Shown here: in pieces, positions 24,214-32,000 of the stretch
How positions within the stretch are numbered: the first letter of the stretch is position 1
Layout of the letters: every line of letters starts with the position of its first letter
The notes under the pieces: generated by a model
What the model was told of the DNA's origin: nothing
What the model saw: the letters and a program-made list of their open reading frames with translations, nothing else
Databases searched by the model: none
DNA from: Bifidobacterium longum subsp. longum JCM 1217
GTDB taxonomy: Bacteria > Actinomycetota > Actinomycetes > Actinomycetales > Bifidobacteriaceae
NCBI RefSeq assembly: GCF_000196555.1
Contig: NC_015067.1
Location: 1,470,001 to 1,502,000 of the forward strand
Length of the DNA: 32,000 nucleotides
Direction of reading: 5' to 3'
Position numbers and translations under genes: made by a program

Positions 24214-25431
24214 TTACGCGCTCTGACGCGACTGTTTTATCTGCGGTTGAGAGCGCATAAGTCCCACAACCAGTCCGGCCGCCGTCAAGCACATAATCAT
24301 GGATGAGCCACCTGCGGAGACGAACGGCATAGGCACGCCCAATACCGGGAACACACCCACGACCACGCCGATGTTGACCATGGCCTGGCCCACGATCCAA
24401 ATGGCGACGCACATCAGCACCATGGCAACATAACGATCGGTGACCTGCAATGCGATGACGATCATGCACCAGGCGAGAATCGCGAAGAACAGCAATACGA
24501 TGGCGCAACCGACGAATCCGGTCTCCTCGCCGATGATCGCGAAAATGAAATCGTTATGGGCGGCCGGCAGGTAGTTCCATTTCTCCCGCGAATTGCCGAT
24601 GCCCAATCCCAGAAAACCTCCGGAGGCGATGGCGTACTTGGCGTGAATGGACTGGTAGCATACGCTCTGCGCGTCAGCGGCCGAGCAATCGCCATATGTG
24701 GCCAGAATACGACGCAAGCGGTTCGGGCTGGAAACCGCCAATGCACCGACCATAACCACCGCGCCCAATACGCCGACTCCCATCCATTTGCCGGGGAACC
24801 CGACGATCAGAAAGGCCACGCCTCCGATGAAGACCAGAATCATGGCCGTGCCGAGGTCCCTGCCGCCCATCACCAGCGCCACGCCTATCGCATACAACAC
24901 CAACGGCGCGGCATATGCTTTGATTCCCTTCTTGTGGTACATCTTGCTGCAGGCATGCAACGACGAGGGCAGCCATATGCACATCGCGAACTTCATGAAT
25001 TCAGCCGGCTGGATAGTGGTGAAGCCGAGGTTCAGCCAACCTTTGTTGCCATAGACGTCGATACCCAAAGGAGTAAAGGTCAGCGCCTGCAACAGGCAGG
25101 CACCCACCACAAAGAGCACGCCGGTCCGTTTCCAGAACGTCACCGGCATCATCAATGCCACGAAGCCCAGCACCAAGCCGATCAGGCAAAACGCGCCCTG
25201 GTTCAGAAGCTGAAGGAACGGCGACTTGCCCAGTGCGGCCATGGTGACCGTGGAGCTGGAGAACACCATGATCAGGCCGAAGCATGTCAGCCCCACCACG
25301 GCCATGCGGAAGCCGTGGTAGCACCATAGCGGGTTGAGCAAGCTTCGCCAACCCGTGTAGTCAGTGATTTCGAGTGCGGGCTTGTCAGGGACTCTGTATG
25401 CCTTACGCTTATGGGTATCAGTGGAGGCCAT
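24214..25431 (-). CDS. ftsW: Peptidoglycan glycosyltransferase FtsW (SEDS family)
   Basis: SEDS blocks PAEFMKF and [21 protein letters not shown]. About 10 TM spans. The track ORF (453 aa) overlaps murD by 158 nt. ATG 25431 ([10 protein letters not shown]...) reduces the overlap to 14 nt. Start is moderately certain. Confidence 0.88.
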   Translation of the reverse strand: MASTDTHKRKAYRVPDKPALEITDYTGWRSLLNPLWCYHGFRMAVVGLTCFGLIMVFSSSTVTMAALGKSPFLQLLNQGAFCLIGLVLGFVALMMPVTFWKRTGVLFVVGACLLQALTFTPLGIDVYGNKGWLNLGFTTIQPAEFMKFAMCIWLPSSLHACSKMYHKKGIKAYAAPLVLYAIGVALVMGGRDLGTAMILVFIGGVAFLIVGFPGKWMGVGVLGAVVMVGALAVSSPNRLRRILATYGDCSAADAQSVCYQSIHAKYAIASGGFLGLGIGNSREKWNYLPAAHNDFIFAIIGEETGFVGCAIVLLFFAILAWCMIVIALQVTDRYVAMVLMCVAIWIVGQAMVNIGVVVGVFPVLGVPMPFVSAGGSSMIMCLTAAGLVVGLMRSQPQIKQSRQSA

Positions 25432-26863
25432 GCACCTCGCTCCACGTCTTGGCTGCGGCGGCGAATCGATTGCCTCGATCCGCGTAGGACTTGAACTGGT
25501 CCATGGAGGCGCAGGCCGGAGCCATAAGCACGATGTCGCCGGCGGCGGTATACGTGCCGCAGGCTTCGACGGCACGATCCATGACGGTATCGTTGTCTTC
25601 GGGATCGATGATGGTCACCGGGATGTCCGGAGCTTGGCTGGCAAACGCTTCGATCATCGGCTGCTGGTCTTTGCCGATGATGACGGCCGCTTTGATGGTG
25701 TGTGCCTGGTCCTTGACCAGGTCCTCGAATCGACTGCCCTTGGCCAGACCTCCGGCAATCCAGATCACAGACTTGGCCGGGAAGCTGGACAGCGAGGCGC
25801 GTGCCGCATGGCCGTTGGTGGCTTTGGAATCGTCCACAAAACGAACAGAGCCGCCCTCGACTGCGGCCTCAGCCACGGTTTCGATGCGATGGCCGCCCGG
25901 CTTGAACGAGGTAAGCGCCTTCAACGCGGTATCGCGATCAGCGCCAAGTCCCAGCACCAACGCCAATGCCGTCAATGCATCGGCCACCAGATGCGGGTAC
26001 AGTGAGCCGTCCGGCTCTGCCAGATGCGTGAAATCGGTGATGGCGGCCAGTCTGACCGACTCTCCTACTGCGCCGCCGGCCACGCCGCTCCTGTCCACGA
26101 TCCAGCCATCTTCAATGCCGATCTGGCCGGCTTGAGGGGCCTCGAGCGTGAATCCCACCTTGCGGCATCCTTCGGCAGTCTGAGCCTCGGCCGCCAGTTC
26201 GCTGACTTTGGCGTCCTGCGCATTGTAGACGATGGCGCGTTTGGCGTTGTGGAACACCTTGGATTTGTCGGCGGCGTAATTCTCGCGCCCGCCATGCCAG
26301 TCGAGGTGATCGTCGGCGATATTGGTGATCGCCGCGCAGTCAAGTGCCAGCGAATCGGTGAAGTGCAATTGGAAGGAGCTCAGTTCCACGCACAGTACGT
26401 CGTGCTGCGGATTGGTGGCGCAACGAGACAGGCTCATGCTCATGTCTCCGGAGGCGATATTGCCGGCGGTCGGCGCGTCGAGTCCGCAGGCGGTGAGCAT
26501 TTCCGAGGTCATCTCGGTGGTGGAGGTTTTGCCGTTGGTGCCGGTGATGCCGATCCATGGAGCCGGAGTACCGGTGCGCTCGTTATTCACACGCAGCTGC
26601 CATGCGAATTCCACCTCGCTCATCACGGGGATGCCACGGCGTTGGGCTTCCAGCACGAACGGGGTGCGGGGGTTGAACACCGGGGACGACATGACGTAGT
26701 CCACGTGGTCCCAGTCCACGTCATCAAAGGAGTGGAGATCGGCCTCGGGCTTCCTCTCGTCGACGCCAATCACGTGGGTGCCGCGTTCCCTCAATACCTC
26801 CGCCAACGAGGTGCCGGACACCCCCAGTCCGGCGATCACCACTGTCTTATCCGCTACTTGCAT
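25418..26863 (-). CDS. murD: UDP-N-acetylmuramoylalanine--D-glutamate ligase
   Basis: [13 protein letters not shown]-terminal block and P-loop [17 protein letters not shown] 26863 (MQVADKTVV...) has AGGAGGA upstream. The track start at 26899 adds 12 codons with no RBS. Confidence 0.92.
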   Translation of the reverse strand: MQVADKTVVIAGLGVSGTSLAEVLRERGTHVIGVDERKPEADLHSFDDVDWDHVDYVMSSPVFNPRTPFVLEAQRRGIPVMSEVEFAWQLRVNNERTGTPAPWIGITGTNGKTSTTEMTSEMLTACGLDAPTAGNIASGDMSMSLSRCATNPQHDVLCVELSSFQLHFTDSLALDCAAITNIADDHLDWHGGRENYAADKSKVFHNAKRAIVYNAQDAKVSELAAEAQTAEGCRKVGFTLEAPQAGQIGIEDGWIVDRSGVAGGAVGESVRLAAITDFTHLAEPDGSLYPHLVADALTALALVLGLGADRDTALKALTSFKPGGHRIETVAEAAVEGGSVRFVDDSKATNGHAARASLSSFPAKSVIWIAGGLAKGSRFEDLVKDQAHTIKAAVIIGKDQQPMIEAFASQAPDIPVTIIDPEDNDTVMDRAVEACGTYTAAGDIVLMAPACASMDQFKSYADRGNRFAAAAKTWSEVHGLH

Positions 26864-26917
26864 TGTTCCTCCTGATATAGGAATTCCGTGGGTGAGCATA
26901 ATCCACCCAGATTTCCG

Positions 26918-28024
26918 CTAGCTGAACAGCAGGCCGGAGCGGGTGACCCAGTCGCCGTAGAAAATCGTCAGGGCGAGCAGCACGAAGATGAGTTCGATCA
27001 TCCAGAACCGCACCACCACCTTGGTTTCGGTCCAACCCTCCAGTTCGAAATGATGGTGAATCGGCGCCATTTTGAATACACGTTTGTGGGTCATCTTGAA
27101 GTACCCGACCTGGATGACGTCGCTCATGGCTTCCATGACGTACAGTCCGCCCAGAACCACCGCCAGGAATTCGGTGTGCGTGGCGATGGACAGGGCTGCG
27201 AACAGACCACCCAAGGCCAGGGAACCGGTATCACCCATGAAAATCGATGCGGGGTTCGAGTTGTACCACAGGAAGCCGAAGCAGGCGACGGCCGCGCATA
27301 CGGCGATGACGGTCAGATCGAGAGGATCTGACACGGCATAGGAATATCCGCCATGGCTGCCGCCCTTGATGTGGTAGCTTTCCCAGAATGCGATGATGCC
27401 AAAACCAGTGAAGGCGATCATCGACGAACCTGCCGCCAGACCGTCAAGTCCATCCGTCAAATTCACTGCGTTGGTCCATGCGGTCATCAGGAAGTTCACC
27501 CAGATGACGAACAGGATGATGGCTACGGCACGGCCGGCGAAGTCGAAGTTGAAGAACGGCTGTTCGATGAAGCTGATGCCTGCCTGCGCACTGGGGAATC
27601 CCGATTTGGTGGGAATCAGCAGCGCAAGTACCGCGTAGATGGTGGCGAAGATGAACTGGCCGATGAACTTGCCGCCCACCGATAGGCCTTCGTTCTGCTT
27701 CTTACGCACCTTGGCGAAGTCGTCGATAAAGCCCAGCAGACCCATCGACAGCATGGCGAACAGTACGAGCGCCGCGGACCAGGAGGGCACGTCGCCCGAA
27801 CGCAGGTATCGGTACAGTGCGGAGGATGCCCAACCGAGCAGAATCGCGAAGTTGATGACCACGCCGCCCAACGTGGGGGTGCCGCGCTTGACCAGATGCG
27901 ACTGCGGCCCATCCTGGCGGATGTACTGGCCATAGTGCAGCTTGTGGACCAGCCGAATCAGCAGCGGGGTGCCGACTAAGGTGACGATGAGCGACACCAG
28001 CATTCCAATGATCAGAGCAATCAC
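26918..28024 (-). CDS. mraY: Phospho-N-acetylmuramoyl-pentapeptide-transferase
   Basis: MraY blocks NAVNLTDGLDGLAAG and PIHHHFE. 10 TM-type hydrophobic spans. GTG start at 28024. Confidence 0.93.
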   Translation of the reverse strand: MIALIIGMLVSLIVTLVGTPLLIRLVHKLHYGQYIRQDGPQSHLVKRGTPTLGGVVINFAILLGWASSALYRYLRSGDVPSWSAALVLFAMLSMGLLGFIDDFAKVRKKQNEGLSVGGKFIGQFIFATIYAVLALLIPTKSGFPSAQAGISFIEQPFFNFDFAGRAVAIILFVIWVNFLMTAWTNAVNLTDGLDGLAAGSSMIAFTGFGIIAFWESYHIKGGSHGGYSYAVSDPLDLTVIAVCAAVACFGFLWYNSNPASIFMGDTGSLALGGLFAALSIATHTEFLAVVLGGLYVMEAMSDVIQVGYFKMTHKRVFKMAPIHHHFELEGWTETKVVVRFWMIELIFVLLALTIFYGDWVTRSGLLFS

Positions 28025-28068
28025 GTGCAGCTTCTCTTTCTTGTCGGTTTCTTGGGGTGGTTATCAGG

Positions 28069-29520
28069 TCAGTTCTTTGCCCAGCGTTCAGCCAAAGCGC
28101 TCAGGCCTGACGCGTGCGATCCCTTGAGCAGTACCACAGCGTCGGGATGGTTGCGAGCCAAGTCGATGACCAGCTGTTCGGCCGCATCGATGTCGTGTAC
28201 GCAATCCACCGACGCGGATTGGCTCTGACGGGCACCGTCCGCCAGAGCCTGTGCCAGTGCATCGAGATGTTGGTCTTGGGCGGAACCGACCGCGATGATC
28301 GCGTCGATGCCCAATTCGTCCGCATACGTGCCGATCGAGGTGTGCAATGCCGTTTCATCGGCGCCGAGTTCCAGCATGGCACCCAGCAGCGCCACGCGGA
28401 ACGGCTCCTTGCCGTCATTTGAGTTCCAGGCCTTCAACCCGTTCAGGCCGGCTTTCATGGAGTCGGGATTGGCGTTGAAGGAATCATCGATCAGCGTGAA
28501 GGAAGTCCCCTCGCGATTCACCGTGGACAATGCCATGCGATGAGGGCTGATGGTGTGCTGCGAGGCCAGAATCCGTGCCACCGTTTCGGGTGCCATACCG
28601 TAACGCATCGCCACGGTTGCGGCGGCCAACGCGTTCATCACATTGTGACGTCCAGGAATGCCCAGATGCACCGGCGTATGGTTGCCGTCCGCATCGACCA
28701 ACGTGAATTCAGCATGATCGGACCGGTCGGCAGTGACATCAATGGCCCGCACCTCGGGCTCCTGCGACGATCCCAAGCCGAACCACAGCACGTCGCCGTT
28801 GGCCAGGCCGGCCATGGGAACCACGTGTTCGTCATCGGCGTTCAGTACCGCGGTGCCTCCGGGAAGCAATCCCTGCACGATCTCGCTTTTCGCCTGTGCG
28901 ATGCGTTCGCGGGAGCCGAATTCTCCAAGGTGAGCGACGCCGACCTTCAATACGATTGCCGTGTTCGGCGGTGCGATACGGGTCAGTCGCGCGATTTCGC
29001 CGATATGGCTGGCACCCATCTCAGCCACGAAGAACCGGGTGTGCTCATCGACCCGCAACGCAGTGAGCGGCAGGCCGATCTCATTGTTGAACGATCCCAC
29101 CGGAGCCACGGTCGGACCTACGGTGGCAAGCAGGGAGGAGAGCAGATCCTTGGTGGTGGTCTTGCCCACCGAACCGGTCAATCCGATGATGTCGAAGTCG
29201 CCGTCCAGCTCGCGGCGGCGAACGATGTTGTATCGGGCGAGTTCGCCAAGGGCGTCGACCGTGTCTTTCACTACGATCTGCGGAAGGCCATCGGACTTCA
29301 CCTCATGGTCGACGATGGCCACCGTGGCTCCCTGTCCAGCGGTTTTCGCCACAAAGTCATGCCCATCGACACGCTCGCCTCGGATGGCCACAAACACCGA
29401 TCCGGGGCCGGCCTGCCGCGAGTCGCTGACCGTATTGGTGGCTCGAGACTCGGAACCGGCGTCTCCGATCAATCGACCATCGACGGCCTTGGCGATCTCC
29501 TCCACGCTCATCGGAACCAT
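28069..29520 (-). CDS. murF: UDP-N-acetylmuramoyl-tripeptide--D-alanyl-D-alanine ligase
   Basis: P-loop IGLTGSVGKTTTKD, MurF-type N-terminal domain, dcw position. AAGGAG lies 11 nt upstream of ATG 29520. Confidence 0.92.
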   Translation of the reverse strand: MVPMSVEEIAKAVDGRLIGDAGSESRATNTVSDSRQAGPGSVFVAIRGERVDGHDFVAKTAGQGATVAIVDHEVKSDGLPQIVVKDTVDALGELARYNIVRRRELDGDFDIIGLTGSVGKTTTKDLLSSLLATVGPTVAPVGSFNNEIGLPLTALRVDEHTRFFVAEMGASHIGEIARLTRIAPPNTAIVLKVGVAHLGEFGSRERIAQAKSEIVQGLLPGGTAVLNADDEHVVPMAGLANGDVLWFGLGSSQEPEVRAIDVTADRSDHAEFTLVDADGNHTPVHLGIPGRHNVMNALAAATVAMRYGMAPETVARILASQHTISPHRMALSTVNREGTSFTLIDDSFNANPDSMKAGLNGLKAWNSNDGKEPFRVALLGAMLELGADETALHTSIGTYADELGIDAIIAVGSAQDQHLDALAQALADGARQSQSASVDCVHDIDAAEQLVIDLARNHPDAVVLLKGSHASGLSALAERWAKN

Positions 29521-29568
29521 GGTGTTTCAAACTCCTTTACGATTACGCTTCGTCCCGTATCCACGGAC

Positions 29569-30441
29569 TTAATTGAGATTATTGGCCACATGCAGGGCAC
29601 TGCGTATGTTGTTTTTCCTCACGCCGGCGGCCAGCACCATGGCGATGGCCAAGGACATGTGCCCGAGTCGGACGCGGTCATACATTGCCGGTGAATCCGC
29701 AGCCATTTCATCCGATTCGGGTGTCGACGAGGTCATGGACATGTCATGTTCCGCAACGAATGCGTAGCGTGTCTTCAATTCGTTCAAGCTTGCGCTTGCG
29801 TTGACATCCTCCGTGCCCAGTACATCCACGTTCACCGATTCCAACGCATGCTCGGCCAACGTGCGGTCATCCATGGCGATGATCACGGCCGCCACACCGT
29901 CTTCGGCGCACACGGACAGCGCGCGCTGCATATCGAGGATGCCCAGAGGATAGTTCAGGTTCATGGTACGTGTCATCGACGTGGACCCGGATGCGGTGAT
30001 TACCGCCACCGGATTGCCCAGCATGTGCAGGAATTCGGAGAGCTGGGACACGCCTGCGTCGACGGCCTGCTCATCCGCACCGGTCACCGCGAACACCGCC
30101 ATGGCATTGGACGGTCCGCCGGCCAGACCGCTGGCCAGATCGCCGAGTACGCGATCGTCGAAATCGCCGTAGAGCAACGGTATATCGGCATTGGCGATCT
30201 GCCCTTTGGACGCGCGTGGCAGCAACGCCGCATAGGCACCGGCCTGTGCGGCATGCAGTACATCGGGTTCCTGCTCATGCGTGCAGATGAACAGCGAGCC
30301 GGGAATCACGGTGTCCACGGCATCGCTGAGTGAGGTAATGGTGACATTGGTGGCGAAGGGTGGATCGACTTCAAAACCGTACCGTTCGACCAGCATTCCC
30401 AGGGTCACCCGCTGGGCGATGGATTCGCTCACTGCACTCAT
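29569..30441 (-). CDS. Truncated, degenerate MurE-like protein: Mur ligase N-terminal and part of the central domain, no P-loop, no C-terminal domain
   Basis: Occupies the murE slot between ftsI and murF. It is co-linear with MurE from memory (PGSLFICT..., AGAYAALLP). The ATP P-loop position reads VFAVTGADEQAV instead of GxTGTNGKTT. The EVSSH-type block reads IIAMDDR and the NLSRDHLD-type block reads VLGTEDVN. Only 290 aa. There are 48 nt to murF, so no room for the missing domain. Confidence 0.75.
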   Translation of the reverse strand: MSAVSESIAQRVTLGMLVERYGFEVDPPFATNVTITSLSDAVDTVIPGSLFICTHEQEPDVLHAAQAGAYAALLPRASKGQIANADIPLLYGDFDDRVLGDLASGLAGGPSNAMAVFAVTGADEQAVDAGVSQLSEFLHMLGNPVAVITASGSTSMTRTMNLNYPLGILDMQRALSVCAEDGVAAVIIAMDDRTLAEHALESVNVDVLGTEDVNASASLNELKTRYAFVAEHDMSMTSSTPESDEMAADSPAMYDRVRLGHMSLAIAMVLAAGVRKNNIRSALHVANNLN

Positions 30442-30467
30442 GGGCTATCGCCTTTCTCCCCTGATCC

Positions 30468-32000
30468 TTACCACGTGACTGGAATAGCATTTTTGCGTGG
30501 ACTGGAGACAGGCACCTCGTATTTCTGCATAAGGAACTCACAAATCTGTGCGGAAACAGGGCCGGCCGTCAGACCGCCGAACACACCATTCGGATCCTTC
30601 ATCACCACGGTGACCGCATAGCGCGGGTTGTCCGCGGGAATCACCACGGAATAATCGGAGATAATGGACGAGAGCGTACCATCCGAGCCCTGCACCTCTG
30701 CGGTACCGGACTTGGCGGCCATGCGGTAACCATCGACCTTGACGAACTTGTTGTAGCCTTCCGCCACTGATTCCATCGCATTCATCATGTCCGATGCGAC
30801 CTTTTCATCCACCACGCGGGTGGCTTCGCCCTTCTTGGTCTCAGTGGTCTTGCCATTGGCATCGGTGGTTGATTTGATGATCGACTGCTGCTGCTTGACA
30901 CCCTTGTTCGCGATGGTGGCCACCACGTTGTTGAGCTGCAGGGCGTTGACGGTGTAGCCCTGACCAAACAGGATGGTGTTGCGCGTACGCAGATCCCACG
31001 CCGAAGGGTTGGTGAGCAGACCGCTCGATTCACCGGGCAGGTTCAGTCCGGTCGGTTGTCCGATGCCGAATTTGGTCAGGTACTCGTAGCGTTGCTCATC
31101 CGGATAGTTCTCCCCGGCCATAATCATGCCGACGTTCGATGAGTTCTGCAGAATGCCGGCGAGCGTCCAGCGCTCAGTGCCATGGTCGAATGAGTCCTTG
31201 TAGGTCTGGCCCTCCTGTGTGATGTGGTCCGGGACCGACAATTGATCGCTCATCTTATGCAGTCCCATCTGCAGATAGCCGGACATGGAGATAACCTTGC
31301 CCACCGAACCAGGCTCGAAGGTTTCGGACACGGCCCGAGACGGGCTCATCTTCGCCGCATCGGTACCAGCCTGTACTTCATCGCTATCGGCCAGTGCGCG
31401 AATCTCCCCGCTCTGGACATCCTGCACCACGGCGATCGCCCACGCTGCACCATACTTGGATTCGGCCTCCTTCAAGACCTTTTTGACATACCATTGCACA
31501 TCACGGTCAATGGTCAGGGTGACATCGTCGCCATTTTTGGCCGCCACCGATTCGGTCATGGTGCCGGGAATCTCTTCGCCGCCATTACCACGCTGGTAGG
31601 TTTCATGGCCATCGGTTCCGGTAAGCGTCTTGTTCTCGACCTGCTCGATGCCGGCGACGCCATCGCCGTTGTCGTTCACGCCGCCAAGCAGCGCGCCCAT
31701 GAGATCGCCATCCGCATACAGTCGTTCACTGCTCAGCTCACCCCAGACAATACCGCCCAGGTGCAACGACTCGATGCTGCGCTTGACCTGCGGAGTCACA
31801 TCTTTCTTCAGAATCACATACTGCCCGGTACCGGACAGATCAGCGCCCAGTTCCATGGCGTTCATATCCAGGACTTTGGCCAGCAGTCGGCCCACGGCCG
31901 CCGCTCCGGTAGCGCCCACGGGTTTGCCGTCAATTTCGTGGCAGTAATCACGGGTGTTGTCATTGCAAGTAATCGGCTCGAACTCCTGTGCAGCCTCCGG
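30468..32000 (-). CDS. ftsI: Penicillin-binding protein, FtsI-type transpeptidase (5' end beyond window)
   Basis: Transpeptidase motifs SxxK (EPGSVGK), SxN (NSSNVG) and KSG (AAKSGTA). The reading frame stays open from the listed GTG 31919 to the window end at 32000, so the N-terminus lies outside the window. Confidence 0.9.
   Translation of the reverse strand, partial: PEAAQEFEPITCNDNTRDYCHEIDGKPVGATGAAAVGRLLAKVLDMNAMELGADLSGTGQYVILKKDVTPQVKRSIESLHLGGIVWGELSSERLYADGDLMGALLGGVNDNGDGVAGIEQVENKTLTGTDGHETYQRGNGGEEIPGTMTESVAAKNGDDVTLTIDRDVQWYVKKVLKEAESKYGAAWAIAVVQDVQSGEIRALADSDEVQAGTDAAKMSPSRAVSETFEPGSVGKVISMSGYLQMGLHKMSDQLSVPDHITQEGQTYKDSFDHGTERWTLAGILQNSSNVGMIMAGENYPDEQRYEYLTKFGIGQPTGLNLPGESSGLLTNPSAWDLRTRNTILFGQGYTVNALQLNNVVATIANKGVKQQQSIIKSTTDANGKTTETKKGEATRVVDEKVASDMMNAMESVAEGYNKFVKVDGYRMAAKSGTAEVQGSDGTLSSIISDYSVVIPADNPRYAVTVVMKDPNGVFGGLTAGPVSAQICEFLMQKYEVPVSSPRKNAIPVTW

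Noticed and set aside
21684-29694. Long + strand ORFs across the dcw cluster: 21684-22874, 23038-24306, 24556-25329, 25364-26005, 26024-26875, 28540-29694, 29746-30333
   Set aside because: All are antisense to Mur/Fts genes with unmistakable motifs. They have shadow-ORF composition.

Overview
High-GC actinobacterial chromosome segment. Hand-counted 60-100 nt samples give about 64-67% GC in housekeeping genes. Gene content, gene order and the tmRNA tag (AKSNRTEFALAA) look like Bifidobacterium, probably the B. longum group. That taxon call is from memory, not from a search.

Left to right the window holds:
- pepP (5' partial) and a NUDIX hydrolase.
- A minus-strand Dpp/Opp-type ABC importer operon: family-5 lipoprotein SBP, two permeases, one fused double ATPase.
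- nagB-nagA.
- A sugar block: ROK repressor (NagR-like), ROK sugar kinase, second ROK repressor, PfkB fructokinase-like kinase, VOC/glyoxalase-fold protein, MFS sugar transporter.
- dtd.
- A roughly 2.1 kb low-GC two-gene insert (vWA/MIDAS protein plus macro-domain::HTH protein) sitting directly behind the terminator of ssrA (tmRNA).
- The distal dcw cell-wall/division cluster on the minus strand: ftsI (5' partial), a truncated degenerate MurE-like gene, murF, mraY, murD, ftsW, murG, murC, ftsQ.

I saw no transposase, integrase, CRISPR array, tRNA or rRNA. Most long ORFs in the six-frame track that lie antisense to these genes are high-GC shadow ORFs.

The best candidate for an undescribed system is the vWA + macro-HTH pair next to ssrA. 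The second is the P-loop-less MurE remnant kept at the murE position of the dcw cluster. Several start codons were moved relative to the ORF track, using RBS position and overlaps with neighbouring genes.
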